64,000 nucleotides of DNA from assembly GCA_965242865.1 (NCBI GenBank), contig CBDETK010000013.1:384001-448000 (forward strand), in the 5' to 3' direction. Both the position numbers and the translations under genes were made by a program. The first letter of the stretch is position 1; each line of letters begins with the position of its first letter. The notes under the pieces are model-generated. The model saw only the letters and a list, made by a program, of their open reading frames with translations, was not told the DNA's origin and searched no databases. Below are positions 46,607 to 56,941 of this stretch, piece after piece. This DNA comes from Candidatus Latescibacterota bacterium (GTDB lineage Bacteria > Latescibacterota > UBA2968 > UBA8231).

Positions 46607-47452
46607 ATGTACGGGCGGCCCGGAGACCTGTTGAGCAATGTTTGTTCAGGTGCCCAACATCTCATCATGGCGGCACCGTACATCAAGGCTGATGCTCTCA
46701 CTAAAGTTCTGGCCGCCGTTAGCCCGGCAGCATCCCTTATATGCATTACGCGGTGGAATCTGCACGACCTCGCGGTGGGTGCTTCCGACACCGAATGCCG
46801 CACTATTGTCACTGAACGTGGAGGCTCATTCAGGCTCCACCCCTCTCTTCACGCCAAATACTATCGAGTCGATAACGTGGTCCTCATCGGGTCTGCTAAT
46901 CTGACCTCTTCCGCATTGGGCTGGTCGCGCCAGCCTAATCTGGAAATTCTCTGTCGTCCAAGAGACGACTTTGACGCGGACGCCTTTCAGCAGTTTCTGT
47001 TTGAAGGAGCAAGAGAAATCGGCGCTGAGGAATTCGCACATTGGGAATCCATAGCTAAAATCGGTGCGCGAGAGGCGGGAAAGGCAGCTAGCGGCCAACC
47101 CCGGCTTGACACTTGGCGACCGGCAACTCGCGACTTTAGGAACTTAGAACTCGCCTATCAGGGTAGAGAAGATGAGATCGCTTCATTCGACGAGCAGCGA
47201 GCGGCGCAGCGCGACATCCACACGCTCCTAATCCCGCCGAGCTCAACCGCTGAACAGGTCCGAATGTGGGCATCGGCTTGTCTGCTTGCTGCTCCCTTTA
47301 CCAACGCCGTGATACGGCTGCATGGTATAGAGGAACCAGATGCTTCCCGCTCGCTTGCTGCGGCCTATAATCTCGGAAGAGCTGAGGCTCGCAGAGACAT
47401 GGAAACTGTCCAGAACTGGCTCGCATTCCTCATGCCAGAATTACTGAACTGA
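46607..47452 (+). CDS. Phospholipase-D-like nuclease domain protein
   Basis: APYI; LHAKYYRVD...IGSANLT...NLE single HKD motif. Confidence 0.8.
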   Translation: MYGRPGDLLSNVCSGAQHLIMAAPYIKADALTKVLAAVSPAASLICITRWNLHDLAVGASDTECRTIVTERGGSFRLHPSLHAKYYRVDNVVLIGSANLTSSALGWSRQPNLEILCRPRDDFDADAFQQFLFEGAREIGAEEFAHWESIAKIGAREAGKAASGQPRLDTWRPATRDFRNLELAYQGREDEIASFDEQRAAQRDIHTLLIPPSSTAEQVRMWASACLLAAPFTNAVIRLHGIEEPDASRSLAAAYNLGRAEARRDMETVQNWLAFLMPELLN

Positions 47453-47530
47453 AAGGACGCCGATTCTATCGCCGTGCGATCGGGCGAATCCGCGTTGAGG
47501 GATATTCCACAGAGAGGAGATGCCGACCTA

Positions 47531-48394
47531 ATGACATTTGATTTGATAAAAGCCCTCTTAGACACGCAAGCCCTGCGCCTCGCCCCACCGGGCGAAGTCT
47601 TTTGGTACACCTCGGGTACGGTAGGGCCCTACTACCTCAACGCGCACTATCTCTACGGCGGCCCGGCCGCGGCGACCGAATTGCTATCCTTCATCGACGC
47701 GGCCAAAGAGCAGGAGAGCTTCCCCCAGTGCTTGCGGGAGCGCGTCTTAAAGCAGTGCGCTGAGGACGCCATCTATCGCCAAGTCATCGACGCCTTGGTC
47801 GCACAAGCGCGGGCCAGCCGAGCGCGGTTCGACGCAGTGTCCGGTGGCGAGCGCCGCGACTGGTTTTTTTCACTGGCCGTGGCCGAGCGGTTGGGCAAGC
47901 CCGCATTGCTAATTTACAAGGATCGGCGCACCGCGTTATTGGAGGGGGACGCGCTGCGCCCGATAGCGGCCAACGAAATGGACGCGCTGCACGTGGCCGA
48001 TATGGTGACCGAAGCGTCGAGTTACCTCCGCGCTTGGATTCCGGCGATCGCGGCCGGTGGCGGGCGAATCGCCTATGCGGCCAATGTGGTCGATCGCGGG
48101 CAAGGCGGCCTAGAAGTGCTCAAAGCCGAGGGCGTGGCGGCCGGAGCCCTTATGAGGGTGGATGAGGCGTTCTTTGGGCGCCTAGGCGAACTGGGGCAGG
48201 TAGATGAGGCGCAACGGGCGAGGCTGATTGAGTACTACCGCGATCCGTACGGAGCGATGCGGGCCTTCTTGGCGGCGCATCCCGAGTTTTTGCGGAACGC
48301 ACTCCGCGGCGGCGATGCCCGGGCAGCGCAACGCGCCCGCTTGCTCCTCGCCGAAAACCCCTACGCGCTCAACGAGGCCCTCTGGCGGGGCTGA
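47531..48394 (+). CDS. Orotate phosphoribosyltransferase-like (type I PRTase) protein
   Basis: FWYTSG..GPYY.N, SGGERRD, HVADMVTEASS PRPP-loop-like motif, VVDR.QGG. Confidence 0.7.
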   Translation: MTFDLIKALLDTQALRLAPPGEVFWYTSGTVGPYYLNAHYLYGGPAAATELLSFIDAAKEQESFPQCLRERVLKQCAEDAIYRQVIDALVAQARASRARFDAVSGGERRDWFFSLAVAERLGKPALLIYKDRRTALLEGDALRPIAANEMDALHVADMVTEASSYLRAWIPAIAAGGGRIAYAANVVDRGQGGLEVLKAEGVAAGALMRVDEAFFGRLGELGQVDEAQRARLIEYYRDPYGAMRAFLAAHPEFLRNALRGGDARAAQRARLLLAENPYALNEALWRG

Positions 48395-48395
48395 C

Positions 48396-51300
48396 CTAGC
48401 CGGCGGCCGCTTCCAATTCCTCGCCCTCGACCCGCACTGAAACGAGCTGCGAAACCCCTTCCTCGGGCATGGTGACGCCGTGCAGGGCGTCGGCTGCCGC
48501 CATGGTGATCTTGTTATGAGTCACCACGACGAATTGCGTTTCTCGGGCAAACTCCTTGAGCACGCGCACGAAGCGGTTGATGTTGGCGTCGTCGAGCGGG
48601 GCATCGACCTCGTCGAGGATGCAGAACGGGCTGGGCTTGACTTGGTAGATGGCAAAGAGCAACGAGATGGCCGTCAGCGCCCGCTCGCCGCCCGACAGCA
48701 GGGCAATGTTTTGCAGACGCTTGCCGCGAGGGCGGGCGATGATGTCGATGCGGGCCTCTAGGGCATCGACGTTTTCTTCGAGGCGGAGGTCGGCTTCGCC
48801 GCCGGGGAAAAAGCGGACAAAGGTCCCCTTAAACTGCTCGCGGATCTGCTCGAAAGACTGGAGAAACATCCGCCGCGCCCGGCGGTCGATCAGGCTGAGG
48901 GTCTTCTTCAGGTCCTCGGCCGCGATCACCAGGTCGTCGCGCTGGTGGCGGAGAAAGTCGTAGCGCTCCTTTTGTTCCCGGTGTTCTTCCAATACGCCTA
49001 AATGTACCGAACCCAAGCGGTGTAGGGACTGACGCAGTTGGTCGAGGCGCTGTTGGGCCGCTTCCTCGTCAAGGGCTTCGTCGAGAGGCCCCATGGCCGC
49101 GACATCGCAGTGATGCTCCTCCTGCAAGCGCGTGCGAATGTGCTCGGTCTGTAGCTGCAACTCGGAGACGCGCACTTCGAGGCTTGCTCGCCGCTCGCGC
49201 TGGTCGTTGAGCTGCCGCTGTAGGTGGCTGATGTTTTCCTGCAACTCGCGGTTTTGGGCATTGGCCGCGGCCCAGTGCTGGCGGCGTTGGTCTTGCTCGG
49301 CGGCCAAGGTCTCGCGGCCCTGATGCAGCCCCTTGAGCTCGTCGGCCAAGGCGGTGCTGCGCGTACTGCATTCGACCTGCTGGCGCTCGGCCTCGGTCCC
49401 TTCAGCCGCTAGACGCTCCATGTTGTTGTGCAGGTTGGCGTCGATGCTTTTTAAGCGAGCGGCGTCTCGCTCTAGTCCTTGGATTATTTCGGTGGTGCGG
49501 GCGTGTTCCACCTGCAGCTCGCCCAGTGCTTCGCGCTGTGCGTGCCGGCGGGTTTCGCTCTGCTTGAGCTCCTCTTCCAAGGCACTGCTTTCCTCGCTGA
49601 GGCGGGTGCTTGCGGCCTCGTTGTGGCGCAGGCGCTCGGCTCGTTCGGCAATGCTTTGGTCGAGGGCTTGGCGGCGCTGGGCCAAGCGGGTGCTCTCGCT
49701 GTGGAGCTGCTCGAGGCGGGCGGCCAGTCGCTCGGCGTCCGCGCCGGCGCGTTGGTGTTGGTGGGCCTGCTCGCGCTCGTTGGCTCGCTCCGTTTCGCTC
49801 TCGGCGGCCAAGGTCTCTAGGCGGTGGGCGAGCGCGTCGAGGTGCTCGGTGAGCGCGTCGAGTCGGGGGCCTAAGGCCGCATGGCGCGCGGTTTGGTGAG
49901 CCACGAGCGAGCGCAGGGCGCGGATTTCCCGGCCGCGCCCGAGGACTCCCGAATCCTCGGCTTGGCTCTGGCCGCCCGAGGCGAGGCCAAACAGATCGAT
50001 GGCTTCGCCGTCCATTGTGACACAGCGCATGTACGCACTCGGATAGCGGCGCGTCAGGGCCAGCGCGGTTTGCAGGTCGTCAACGAGAAAGGTGTTGTGC
50101 AAGAGGCCGGCGATCAGTGGGGCGATGGAGGCGTCGGGCCGCACGCAATTGAGCAGCGGGCCGTGCAGCCCGGGCATGGGGTCGGGGACCAAAACCGGGC
50201 CGAGGGGGCGCGGAGGGGCCTCTAGCGAGAGGATGCCGACGCGCCCAGAACGCGCCCGGAGATGGGCAATGCCTTTGAGCAAGCCGCGGTCCGAATGGGC
50301 GATCAGCGCCTGAAGGGCCTCGCCGAGAGCGACCTCGACCGCCCGGGCGCGGGCGGGTTCGACTTCGACTAGGTCGCCGAGGACGCCGCGGAACAGGGCC
50401 GTATGCGGCGATTCAAGCATCAAGGTCCGCACCCCACTCTGATAGCCTTCGTAGCCGGCGCGAACTTTTTCGAGGGCTTGGAGCCGCGCTTGGTTGGCCT
50501 CGGCCGCGCGCCGCGCCCCGTCGCGTTGGACGCCGAGTTCGCGGAGGTCCTGCTCGATTTGGTCGCGCTCGGCGCGGGCCGCGGTGCGCTGGTGCTGGCA
50601 GCGGGATAGTTGCTGCCGAGTTGCGGCTAGGGCGGCTTCGGCTTCGGCCGCCGCTTGCAGGGCTTGGTCGCGCTCGGCCACGACCGTGGACTCTTCGCCG
50701 CGCATGGCAACGACGCGCTCGTCGAGCGCGTCGCGCTCGGCCTGATGACGCTCGAGTGCCCGGCTTATTTCGCCGCCTTGGCGCAGGTGCTCCATGCGCC
50801 CGCGCTGGCGTTGGGCCAACTCGGCGCGGTAGCGGTTGTATTCCTCTTCGGCCTGAGCGGCGCGCTGCTGGTGTTCCTGCAAGGCGCGCTCTACGCGCAC
50901 AAAGGCGGTCCGCACTTGGTCGCGGTGCGCGGTATTGTCGCGGCGCTGCTGCTGCACGGCTTCGAGCTGGCTTTTGTAATCCGCGTGTTCACGGGCCGTG
51001 CGCTCGCGGATTTGTTCGGCCGCCTCGCCCCGCTCGCGCACGGCGACGAGGAGCTGTTCGCGCTCGTGGATGGCCTCGATGCGGCGATTGAGTTCGAGGC
51101 CGGCTTGCTGCATGGCCTTCTCGGCTTCGGTCAGCGCGAGGCGCACCTTTTCGAGCTCGGCCTCGCGGGCGGTAAAGCGGGTATAGCCGGCTTCGGTGGC
51201 TTGGCTGAGGGCGGCAAATTCGTCTTGCAGGGGGGAGATTTGGGCGCTGAGGGCGAAGAAACGCTGGCGGCCCAAGCGCACATCGAGCTGGTCGAGCTCC

Positions 51301-51959
51301 TCTTTGAGCTCGCGGTAGCGGCGCGCCCGGCCAACTTGGCGGCCGAGATGGTCCACTTGGCGCTTGACCTCGACGATGATGTCCTCAATCCGCTGTAAAT
51401 CGGCTTGGGCAGCCTCAATGCGGTTCCAGGTGGAGCGCCGCTGAACTTTGTACTTGGTGATGCCGGCGGCCTCTTCGAGGATGCGGCGGCGGTTGTCGGT
51501 CTTGTCGCTGATGATTTCATCGACCATGCCCTGCTCCATTACGGCATAAGCGCCTTGGCCCAAGCCGGTGTCCATGAGCAGGTTGGTGATGTCTAAGAGG
51601 CGACAGGGGATTTTGTTGAGGAGATAATCGCTTTCGCCGGAGCGGAAAAGCCGTCGGGTGAGCACGACCTCGGCGAATTCGATGGGCAGCGCGTTATCGC
51701 GGTTGGCGATTTTTAGCGCGACTTCGGCCATGCCGAGGGCCTTGCGCTGGCGGGTGCCGGCAAATATCACGTCCTCCATGCGCTGGCTGCGGAAAGCGCC
51801 GGCGCGCTGTTCGCCTAAAACCCAGCGGATGGCCTCCACCACGTTGGACTTGCCGCAGCCGTTGGGGCCGACGATGGCCGTAATGCCCGGCTCAAAGGGA
51901 ATGACGATTTTTTGGGCAAAGGACTTAAAACCGAAAATCTCGAGTTGATTGAGGCGCAC
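48396..51959 (-). CDS. smc: Chromosome segregation protein SMC
   Basis: GFKSF, GPNGCGKSN, coiled coils with hinge, LSGGE, ILDEVDAPLD. Confidence 0.96.
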   Translation of the reverse strand: MRLNQLEIFGFKSFAQKIVIPFEPGITAIVGPNGCGKSNVVEAIRWVLGEQRAGAFRSQRMEDVIFAGTRQRKALGMAEVALKIANRDNALPIEFAEVVLTRRLFRSGESDYLLNKIPCRLLDITNLLMDTGLGQGAYAVMEQGMVDEIISDKTDNRRRILEEAAGITKYKVQRRSTWNRIEAAQADLQRIEDIIVEVKRQVDHLGRQVGRARRYRELKEELDQLDVRLGRQRFFALSAQISPLQDEFAALSQATEAGYTRFTAREAELEKVRLALTEAEKAMQQAGLELNRRIEAIHEREQLLVAVRERGEAAEQIRERTAREHADYKSQLEAVQQQRRDNTAHRDQVRTAFVRVERALQEHQQRAAQAEEEYNRYRAELAQRQRGRMEHLRQGGEISRALERHQAERDALDERVVAMRGEESTVVAERDQALQAAAEAEAALAATRQQLSRCQHQRTAARAERDQIEQDLRELGVQRDGARRAAEANQARLQALEKVRAGYEGYQSGVRTLMLESPHTALFRGVLGDLVEVEPARARAVEVALGEALQALIAHSDRGLLKGIAHLRARSGRVGILSLEAPPRPLGPVLVPDPMPGLHGPLLNCVRPDASIAPLIAGLLHNTFLVDDLQTALALTRRYPSAYMRCVTMDGEAIDLFGLASGGQSQAEDSGVLGRGREIRALRSLVAHQTARHAALGPRLDALTEHLDALAHRLETLAAESETERANEREQAHQHQRAGADAERLAARLEQLHSESTRLAQRRQALDQSIAERAERLRHNEAASTRLSEESSALEEELKQSETRRHAQREALGELQVEHARTTEIIQGLERDAARLKSIDANLHNNMERLAAEGTEAERQQVECSTRSTALADELKGLHQGRETLAAEQDQRRQHWAAANAQNRELQENISHLQRQLNDQRERRASLEVRVSELQLQTEHIRTRLQEEHHCDVAAMGPLDEALDEEAAQQRLDQLRQSLHRLGSVHLGVLEEHREQKERYDFLRHQRDDLVIAAEDLKKTLSLIDRRARRMFLQSFEQIREQFKGTFVRFFPGGEADLRLEENVDALEARIDIIARPRGKRLQNIALLSGGERALTAISLLFAIYQVKPSPFCILDEVDAPLDDANINRFVRVLKEFARETQFVVVTHNKITMAAADALHGVTMPEEGVSQLVSVRVEGEELEAAAG

Positions 51960-52222
51960 GGTTGAGCTCCTGCCGGGCGCTGGGGAGGGCGCGCTCCGCT
52001 GGGGAGAAGGTGAGGGGCGGGCAATGCTAGGGGAGTGCGAAATGGCTTGGGGGAGCCACTGTCGTGCGGCAAAGTATAGGCATTGAGCGGGCGCGCTACA
52101 AGCCCTTGCGCCACTTTTGGCGATGCGTGATATTTAACCCTGTTTTGCGGGGCGGAAGGGGTCGGCGCAGCCAGCCCCGTCTTTTTTTGCTTTTACTCCA
52201 TCAATCAAAATCAACGTTCATC

Positions 52223-52510
52223 ATGGCGGTTACTACAAAAGATGTCCACGAGGTCGCCGAGTTGGCGCGGTTGCGCTTTTCGCCGGCCGCGGAGGAAAGG
52301 CTGGCCAAGGAGCTCAACCGCATCTTGCAGTACATGGACACGCTCAACGAGCTAGACACCGCTGGCGTAGAGCCTACGTCCCACATCCTGCCCCTCGCCA
52401 ACGCCTTTCGCCGCGACGAGGCAACGCCCTCTCCCGCCGCGGCCGAAATCGCCGCGGCCGCCCCGCAGCGCCAAGGGGATTACTTCAAGGTTCCGAGAAT
52501 CATCGATTGA
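52223..52510 (+). CDS. gatC: Asp/Glu-tRNA amidotransferase subunit C
   Basis: VAELARL...LNELDTAGVEPT.H...AP....YFKVPRII. Confidence 0.92.
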   Translation: MAVTTKDVHEVAELARLRFSPAAEERLAKELNRILQYMDTLNELDTAGVEPTSHILPLANAFRRDEATPSPAAAEIAAAAPQRQGDYFKVPRIID

Positions 52511-52533
52511 CGCCGGATAAGGAGCGCGCCACC

Positions 52534-54321
52534 GTGGCCGAAGAATACAAAGGCCCCAAATACGTCGTCGTGACCGGCGGCGTGATCAGCGGGGTAGGCA
52601 AGGGCCTGACCACCGCTTCCATCGGCAAGATCCTGCAGCAATACGGGTACAGCACCACAGCCGTCAAAATCGATCCGTACATCAACTACGACGCCGGCAC
52701 CATGCGGCCCACCGAGCACGGCGAGGTGTGGGTGACGGACGACGGCGGCGAAATAGATCAAGACTTGGGCAATTACGAGCGCTTCTTGGGGTTGGATCTG
52801 CCGCGTTCCAACAACCTGACCACCGGGCAGATTTATCACGCGGTCATCGAGCGCGAGCGGCGCGGCGAGTACCTCGGCGAGACCGTGCAGCCAATCCCCC
52901 ACATTACGGATGAGATCACCAGCCGCTTGCAGGAGGCGGGCGCCGGCTACGACATCGTGCTGGTCGAGATCGGCGGCATCGTCGGCGACTACGAGAACGA
53001 GCCGTTCCTCTTCGCCGTCAAGACCTTGGAACGCGACTTGGGCAAGGAGCACTTTGCCCACGCCCTGATTACCTATCTCCCGATACCGCCGCACGTCGGC
53101 GAGATGAAGACCAAGCCCACCCAGCAGGCCATTCGCATGCTCAGCGAGCACGGCATTTTCCCCGATTTCATCGTCTGTCGCGCCGAGACCGCCACCGACG
53201 AGGTGCGCAAGAAAAAGATCCAGATCGGCGCCAACGTGCCCAACGACCACATCATTTCGGCCCCGGACTCAGAGACCATTTACAACATCCCGCTGGTTTT
53301 GGAAGAAGAAGGGCTGGGCGCAAAAATCCTCAGCCGGCTCGGCTGTACGCCCAAAAAGACTCCAGATTGGCGGCCTTGGCGCGAACTAGTCCAGCGCAGT
53401 CGGCAGCCGCGCCAGCGCGTCCGCGTGGCCATGGTCGGCAAGTACGTGGGCACGGGCGATTTTCAGCTCACGGATTCGTACATTTCGGTCAATCAATCGC
53501 TGCTGCACGCTGGCGTGGCAGCGGATGCACAGGTCGAGATCACTTGGATCGACGGCCACCAGTTTGAGCGCGGCACAATGGAGCTAGCCCAGCTCGACGG
53601 CTTCGACGGCATCATCGTCCCCGGGGCCTTTGGCGCCGGCGGGGCCGAAGGCGTACTCGCGGCCATTCGCTACGCCCGCGAGCGCGACATCCCCTATTTG
53701 GGCCTGTGCTACGGCTTGCAGCTCGCGGTGATCGAATTCGCCCGCCACGTCGCTGGAATCGCCGAGGCCACTTCCGAAGAGTTCGATGCCGATTCCGAGT
53801 GGCAGGTCATCTGCGCCCAACAAGCCCAGAAAGACCTTCTAGCGGAAAATCGCTACGGCGGCAGCATGCGCTTGGGGGCCTACGCGGCCGTGTTCAAAAA
53901 CGACAGCCGCGTCCTCCAGCTCTACGCGGCCTCGGGCCGCCTCCGCGAAGACGCCCGTCGCATCGAGCAACTGCTGGCCAATCCCGACCAAGCCTTCCGC
54001 GTGGGCTTGGTCATGCTGGAGCGCGACAAAGTGGCCTTAGAGCGCCACCGCCATCGCTACGAGGTCGCGCCCCGCTTCATCGAGCTCCTCGAGGAGGAGG
54101 GACTGGTCTTTTCCGGGTATCACCGCCGCGTCGATGGCACCCGCTTAATGGAATTTATCGAGCTGCCCGAGCACCGCTTCTTCATCGCCACCCAAGCCCA
54201 TCCCGAGTTCAAGTCGCGGATGGACAATCCCTCGCCCTTGTTTGCCGGGTTTGTCGAGGCTGCATTGGCCTACCAACAGGAGGTTGCCAGCCATGCGGAG
54301 GAGCAGGCCGCGGCCTCCTAA
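52534..54321 (+). CDS. pyrG: CTP synthase
   Basis: TGGVISGVGKG, KIDPYIN, HGEV.VTDDG, GLCYGLQ, ERHRHRYE, QAHPEFKS. Confidence 0.96.
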   Translation: MAEEYKGPKYVVVTGGVISGVGKGLTTASIGKILQQYGYSTTAVKIDPYINYDAGTMRPTEHGEVWVTDDGGEIDQDLGNYERFLGLDLPRSNNLTTGQIYHAVIERERRGEYLGETVQPIPHITDEITSRLQEAGAGYDIVLVEIGGIVGDYENEPFLFAVKTLERDLGKEHFAHALITYLPIPPHVGEMKTKPTQQAIRMLSEHGIFPDFIVCRAETATDEVRKKKIQIGANVPNDHIISAPDSETIYNIPLVLEEEGLGAKILSRLGCTPKKTPDWRPWRELVQRSRQPRQRVRVAMVGKYVGTGDFQLTDSYISVNQSLLHAGVAADAQVEITWIDGHQFERGTMELAQLDGFDGIIVPGAFGAGGAEGVLAAIRYARERDIPYLGLCYGLQLAVIEFARHVAGIAEATSEEFDADSEWQVICAQQAQKDLLAENRYGGSMRLGAYAAVFKNDSRVLQLYAASGRLREDARRIEQLLANPDQAFRVGLVMLERDKVALERHRHRYEVAPRFIELLEEEGLVFSGYHRRVDGTRLMEFIELPEHRFFIATQAHPEFKSRMDNPSPLFAGFVEAALAYQQEVASHAEEQAAAS

Positions 54322-54325
54322 TCGG

Positions 54326-56152
54326 ATGGGCGGTACAATCGCCTCAGAGGGCCGCGCTTTCCCGAGGGGAGCGCGGCTTTTTCGCGTTTGCTGCGGGGCC
54401 ATGCTCTGGGCCTGCGGCGCGGAAGCCCCCCCGGAAGAGCCGCTGCAGATCCCCGCCGTCGATGGGGAAGCATGGGACGCGCACATCGAGCTGGGACGGC
54501 CCGGCCATCGCATCCAGATCCGCGCCGCTTACTGGCGCGAATTTTCCAAGTCTCAGCACGTCATCGCCACCGGCGGCGTAGAGGTTGCCTTGCGCGGGAG
54601 CGAAGCCGGTTCAACGCTGCGGGCCGAGCGCTTGGTGCTAGAACACCAGCGCGACCGCTTTGGTTTGGCTGGCGGCGTGGTGTTGCGCGCTGGGGATGGC
54701 CTAGCGATGCAGGCCGACACCCTAGTGTGGGATGGCGCGCACGAGCAGTTGCGCGTTCCGGGCGCCGTGCAGGTGGAGCTCGACGAGGGCCAAGAGAGGG
54801 GCCGCAATCTCACGAGCAATTTCGCCGTGGATGCGTGGTCCTTGGAAGCCGTTGAGGGCCGCTGGCGCGGCCGGGACGGCGCAGTCGTGGAGGTGCGCGC
54901 CAAGCGCGAGGAAAGCCGGCGCGTCGCCGGGGTACAGGAGATCGCCTACGACAGCGTGGAGGTGCGCTACGACGGAGTGCAATTGACCGGGCCGCACGCC
55001 GCATTCCTCCCCCAAAGCGGCCGCTTCGACCTCAGCGGCGGGGTTGAGGGCACTGACTCGCTAACTCAGTTTGCGGCCGACGAGGTCGCGGTGGATGCAC
55101 AAAGGCAGCGGCTGGTGGCGCGGGGCGCGGTCTGCTACCGAGAGGAGGAGGCCGAGTTGCGGGCCGACGAGGTCGCGGAGGACCGCAGCGCAACGCAATG
55201 GCAGGCCCGCGGGGCGCCGGCGACCTTTGTGCAGGGCGAGCGGCAGATCGAGGCCAGTCAGTTGATTTATGCGCGCTCCGAGCGCACGCTCACAGCGCAA
55301 GGCGGGGTGGTCTTGCGCGCCGGGGAACGTGTGCTGACGGCCCAAACCCTTCGCTATACGCGCCCCGGCCAAGTCCAAGCCGAGGGTGCGATTGCGCTCA
55401 AAGCCCCTGAATTGGCTGGCTCGCTCGCCGGCGATTCGCTCGCTCTCGACTTGGAGCAGGAGGCCGGGTGGGTGCGAGGGGGGGCCTCGCTGCGTCGGCA
55501 CGACGTCGCCCTCTCGGCCCCGGTGTTGCGCTTCGATCTCGCGCAGGGTCGGTTGGCCGGAACCGGCGGGTTTGCCCTACGCGCCGATGGGCTGGAGATC
55601 GCGGCCGAGCGCGGTGCGTACCAAGCGGATTCCACGCGGGTACAGGTGGCCGAAGGCGTGGTGTTGGACGAGCGAGACGACGAGCGCACGTACCACAGCC
55701 GGTTGATGGCCGACTCCATGGTCGTCGCCTTGGCCGACAACCGAGTCGAATGGATCGCCATACCCGGCCCCGTGCACGGTGAAATCGAGGTCGGCGACCG
55801 CCACAGCTATATTGAGGGGCGGGACGGGCAAGTCTTTATGGCCGATGGGCGCTTGGAGCGGGTTGAGGTGCGGGCCGAGGCCGACGTGACGCACGGCCGA
55901 GCCGACGACGAAGCGATCAATCGCTTTCGCGGGCAGCAGATGACCCTGTACTTTGACTCGACCGGATTGCGCCGGGCCTTGGTAACGGGCGCGGCCGAGC
56001 TGGTCTCGCGGCTGCAAGAGGACGACGCGGTCTCCGTCAACGAGGTCGCCGGTGCCGAATTGGACATTCGCTTTGCCGATGGGGTGCTGACCGAGGTGGG
56101 CGTCGGCCCGGACATTGAAGGCCGCTACTATCCGCCGGCCGAGGAGCCGTAA
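54326..56152 (+). CDS. LptC/LptA (OstA)-like beta-jellyroll repeat protein
   Basis: Repeated A.G.V.....L.A..L.Y beta units; directly upstream of lptB-rpoN. Confidence 0.65.
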   Translation: MGGTIASEGRAFPRGARLFRVCCGAMLWACGAEAPPEEPLQIPAVDGEAWDAHIELGRPGHRIQIRAAYWREFSKSQHVIATGGVEVALRGSEAGSTLRAERLVLEHQRDRFGLAGGVVLRAGDGLAMQADTLVWDGAHEQLRVPGAVQVELDEGQERGRNLTSNFAVDAWSLEAVEGRWRGRDGAVVEVRAKREESRRVAGVQEIAYDSVEVRYDGVQLTGPHAAFLPQSGRFDLSGGVEGTDSLTQFAADEVAVDAQRQRLVARGAVCYREEEAELRADEVAEDRSATQWQARGAPATFVQGERQIEASQLIYARSERTLTAQGGVVLRAGERVLTAQTLRYTRPGQVQAEGAIALKAPELAGSLAGDSLALDLEQEAGWVRGGASLRRHDVALSAPVLRFDLAQGRLAGTGGFALRADGLEIAAERGAYQADSTRVQVAEGVVLDERDDERTYHSRLMADSMVVALADNRVEWIAIPGPVHGEIEVGDRHSYIEGRDGQVFMADGRLERVEVRAEADVTHGRADDEAINRFRGQQMTLYFDSTGLRRALVTGAAELVSRLQEDDAVSVNEVAGAELDIRFADGVLTEVGVGPDIEGRYYPPAEEP

Positions 56153-56153
56153 C

Positions 56154-56885
56154 ATGGCCCTAGAAACGCGCGCATTGAGCAAGTACTACGGGGGGCGGGC
56201 CGTCGTCGACGAGGTCAGCATCCGCGTCGAGCCAGGGGAGGTCGTCGGCCTGTTGGGGCCCAATGGCGCGGGCAAGACCACGACCTTTCACAGCATCGTC
56301 GGCTTTGCCGCCCCGGACGGGGGGCACATCGTGCTCGACGATGCGGACATTACCGGGCTGCCCATGTATCGCCGCGCCCAACTCGGCATTGGCTACCTGC
56401 CGCAGGAGACTTCCATTTTTCGCAAGCTGAGCGTGGCCGACAACATCCGCGCCGTATTGGAAGTGCGCGGGGTCACCAAAGCGCGCATCGCCGCGCACCA
56501 ACGGCAGCTCCTGACCGAGCTACACTTGCTCGCACGAGCCGACCAACGCGCGGATACGCTTTCCGGCGGCGAGACGCGCCGCGTCGAAATCGCCCGGGCC
56601 TTAGCCTGCGAGCCGCACTACATGCTCCTCGACGAGCCTTTTGCCGGCATTGATCCGCGCACGGTCGAAGACATCCAAAACATCATCGCCGAGCTGAGAA
56701 GCCGGGGCCTCGGCGTGTTGATTACCGATCACAACGTCCGCGAGACCTTGGAGATCGCCGATCGGGCCTATATCCTCGTGGATGGCAAAATTTTAACGGC
56801 GGGCACGGCCGAGGAGCTCATTGCCAACGAACAGGTGCGGCGCATCTACCTCGGCGAGCGCTTTAGCTGGCGGGTCAATCGGTAG
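56154..56885 (+). CDS. lptB: LPS export ABC ATPase
   Basis: GLLGPNGAGKTT, LPMYRRA, LSGGE.RR.EIARAL, LDEPFAG.DP, ITDHNVRETL. Confidence 0.95.
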   Translation: MALETRALSKYYGGRAVVDEVSIRVEPGEVVGLLGPNGAGKTTTFHSIVGFAAPDGGHIVLDDADITGLPMYRRAQLGIGYLPQETSIFRKLSVADNIRAVLEVRGVTKARIAAHQRQLLTELHLLARADQRADTLSGGETRRVEIARALACEPHYMLLDEPFAGIDPRTVEDIQNIIAELRSRGLGVLITDHNVRETLEIADRAYILVDGKILTAGTAEELIANEQVRRIYLGERFSWRVNR

Positions 56886-56941
56886 GCGTGCGCCGCGCTT
56901 GCACCTTGACTTTTCTCTCTGCACGGGCTTGAATTTATCCG

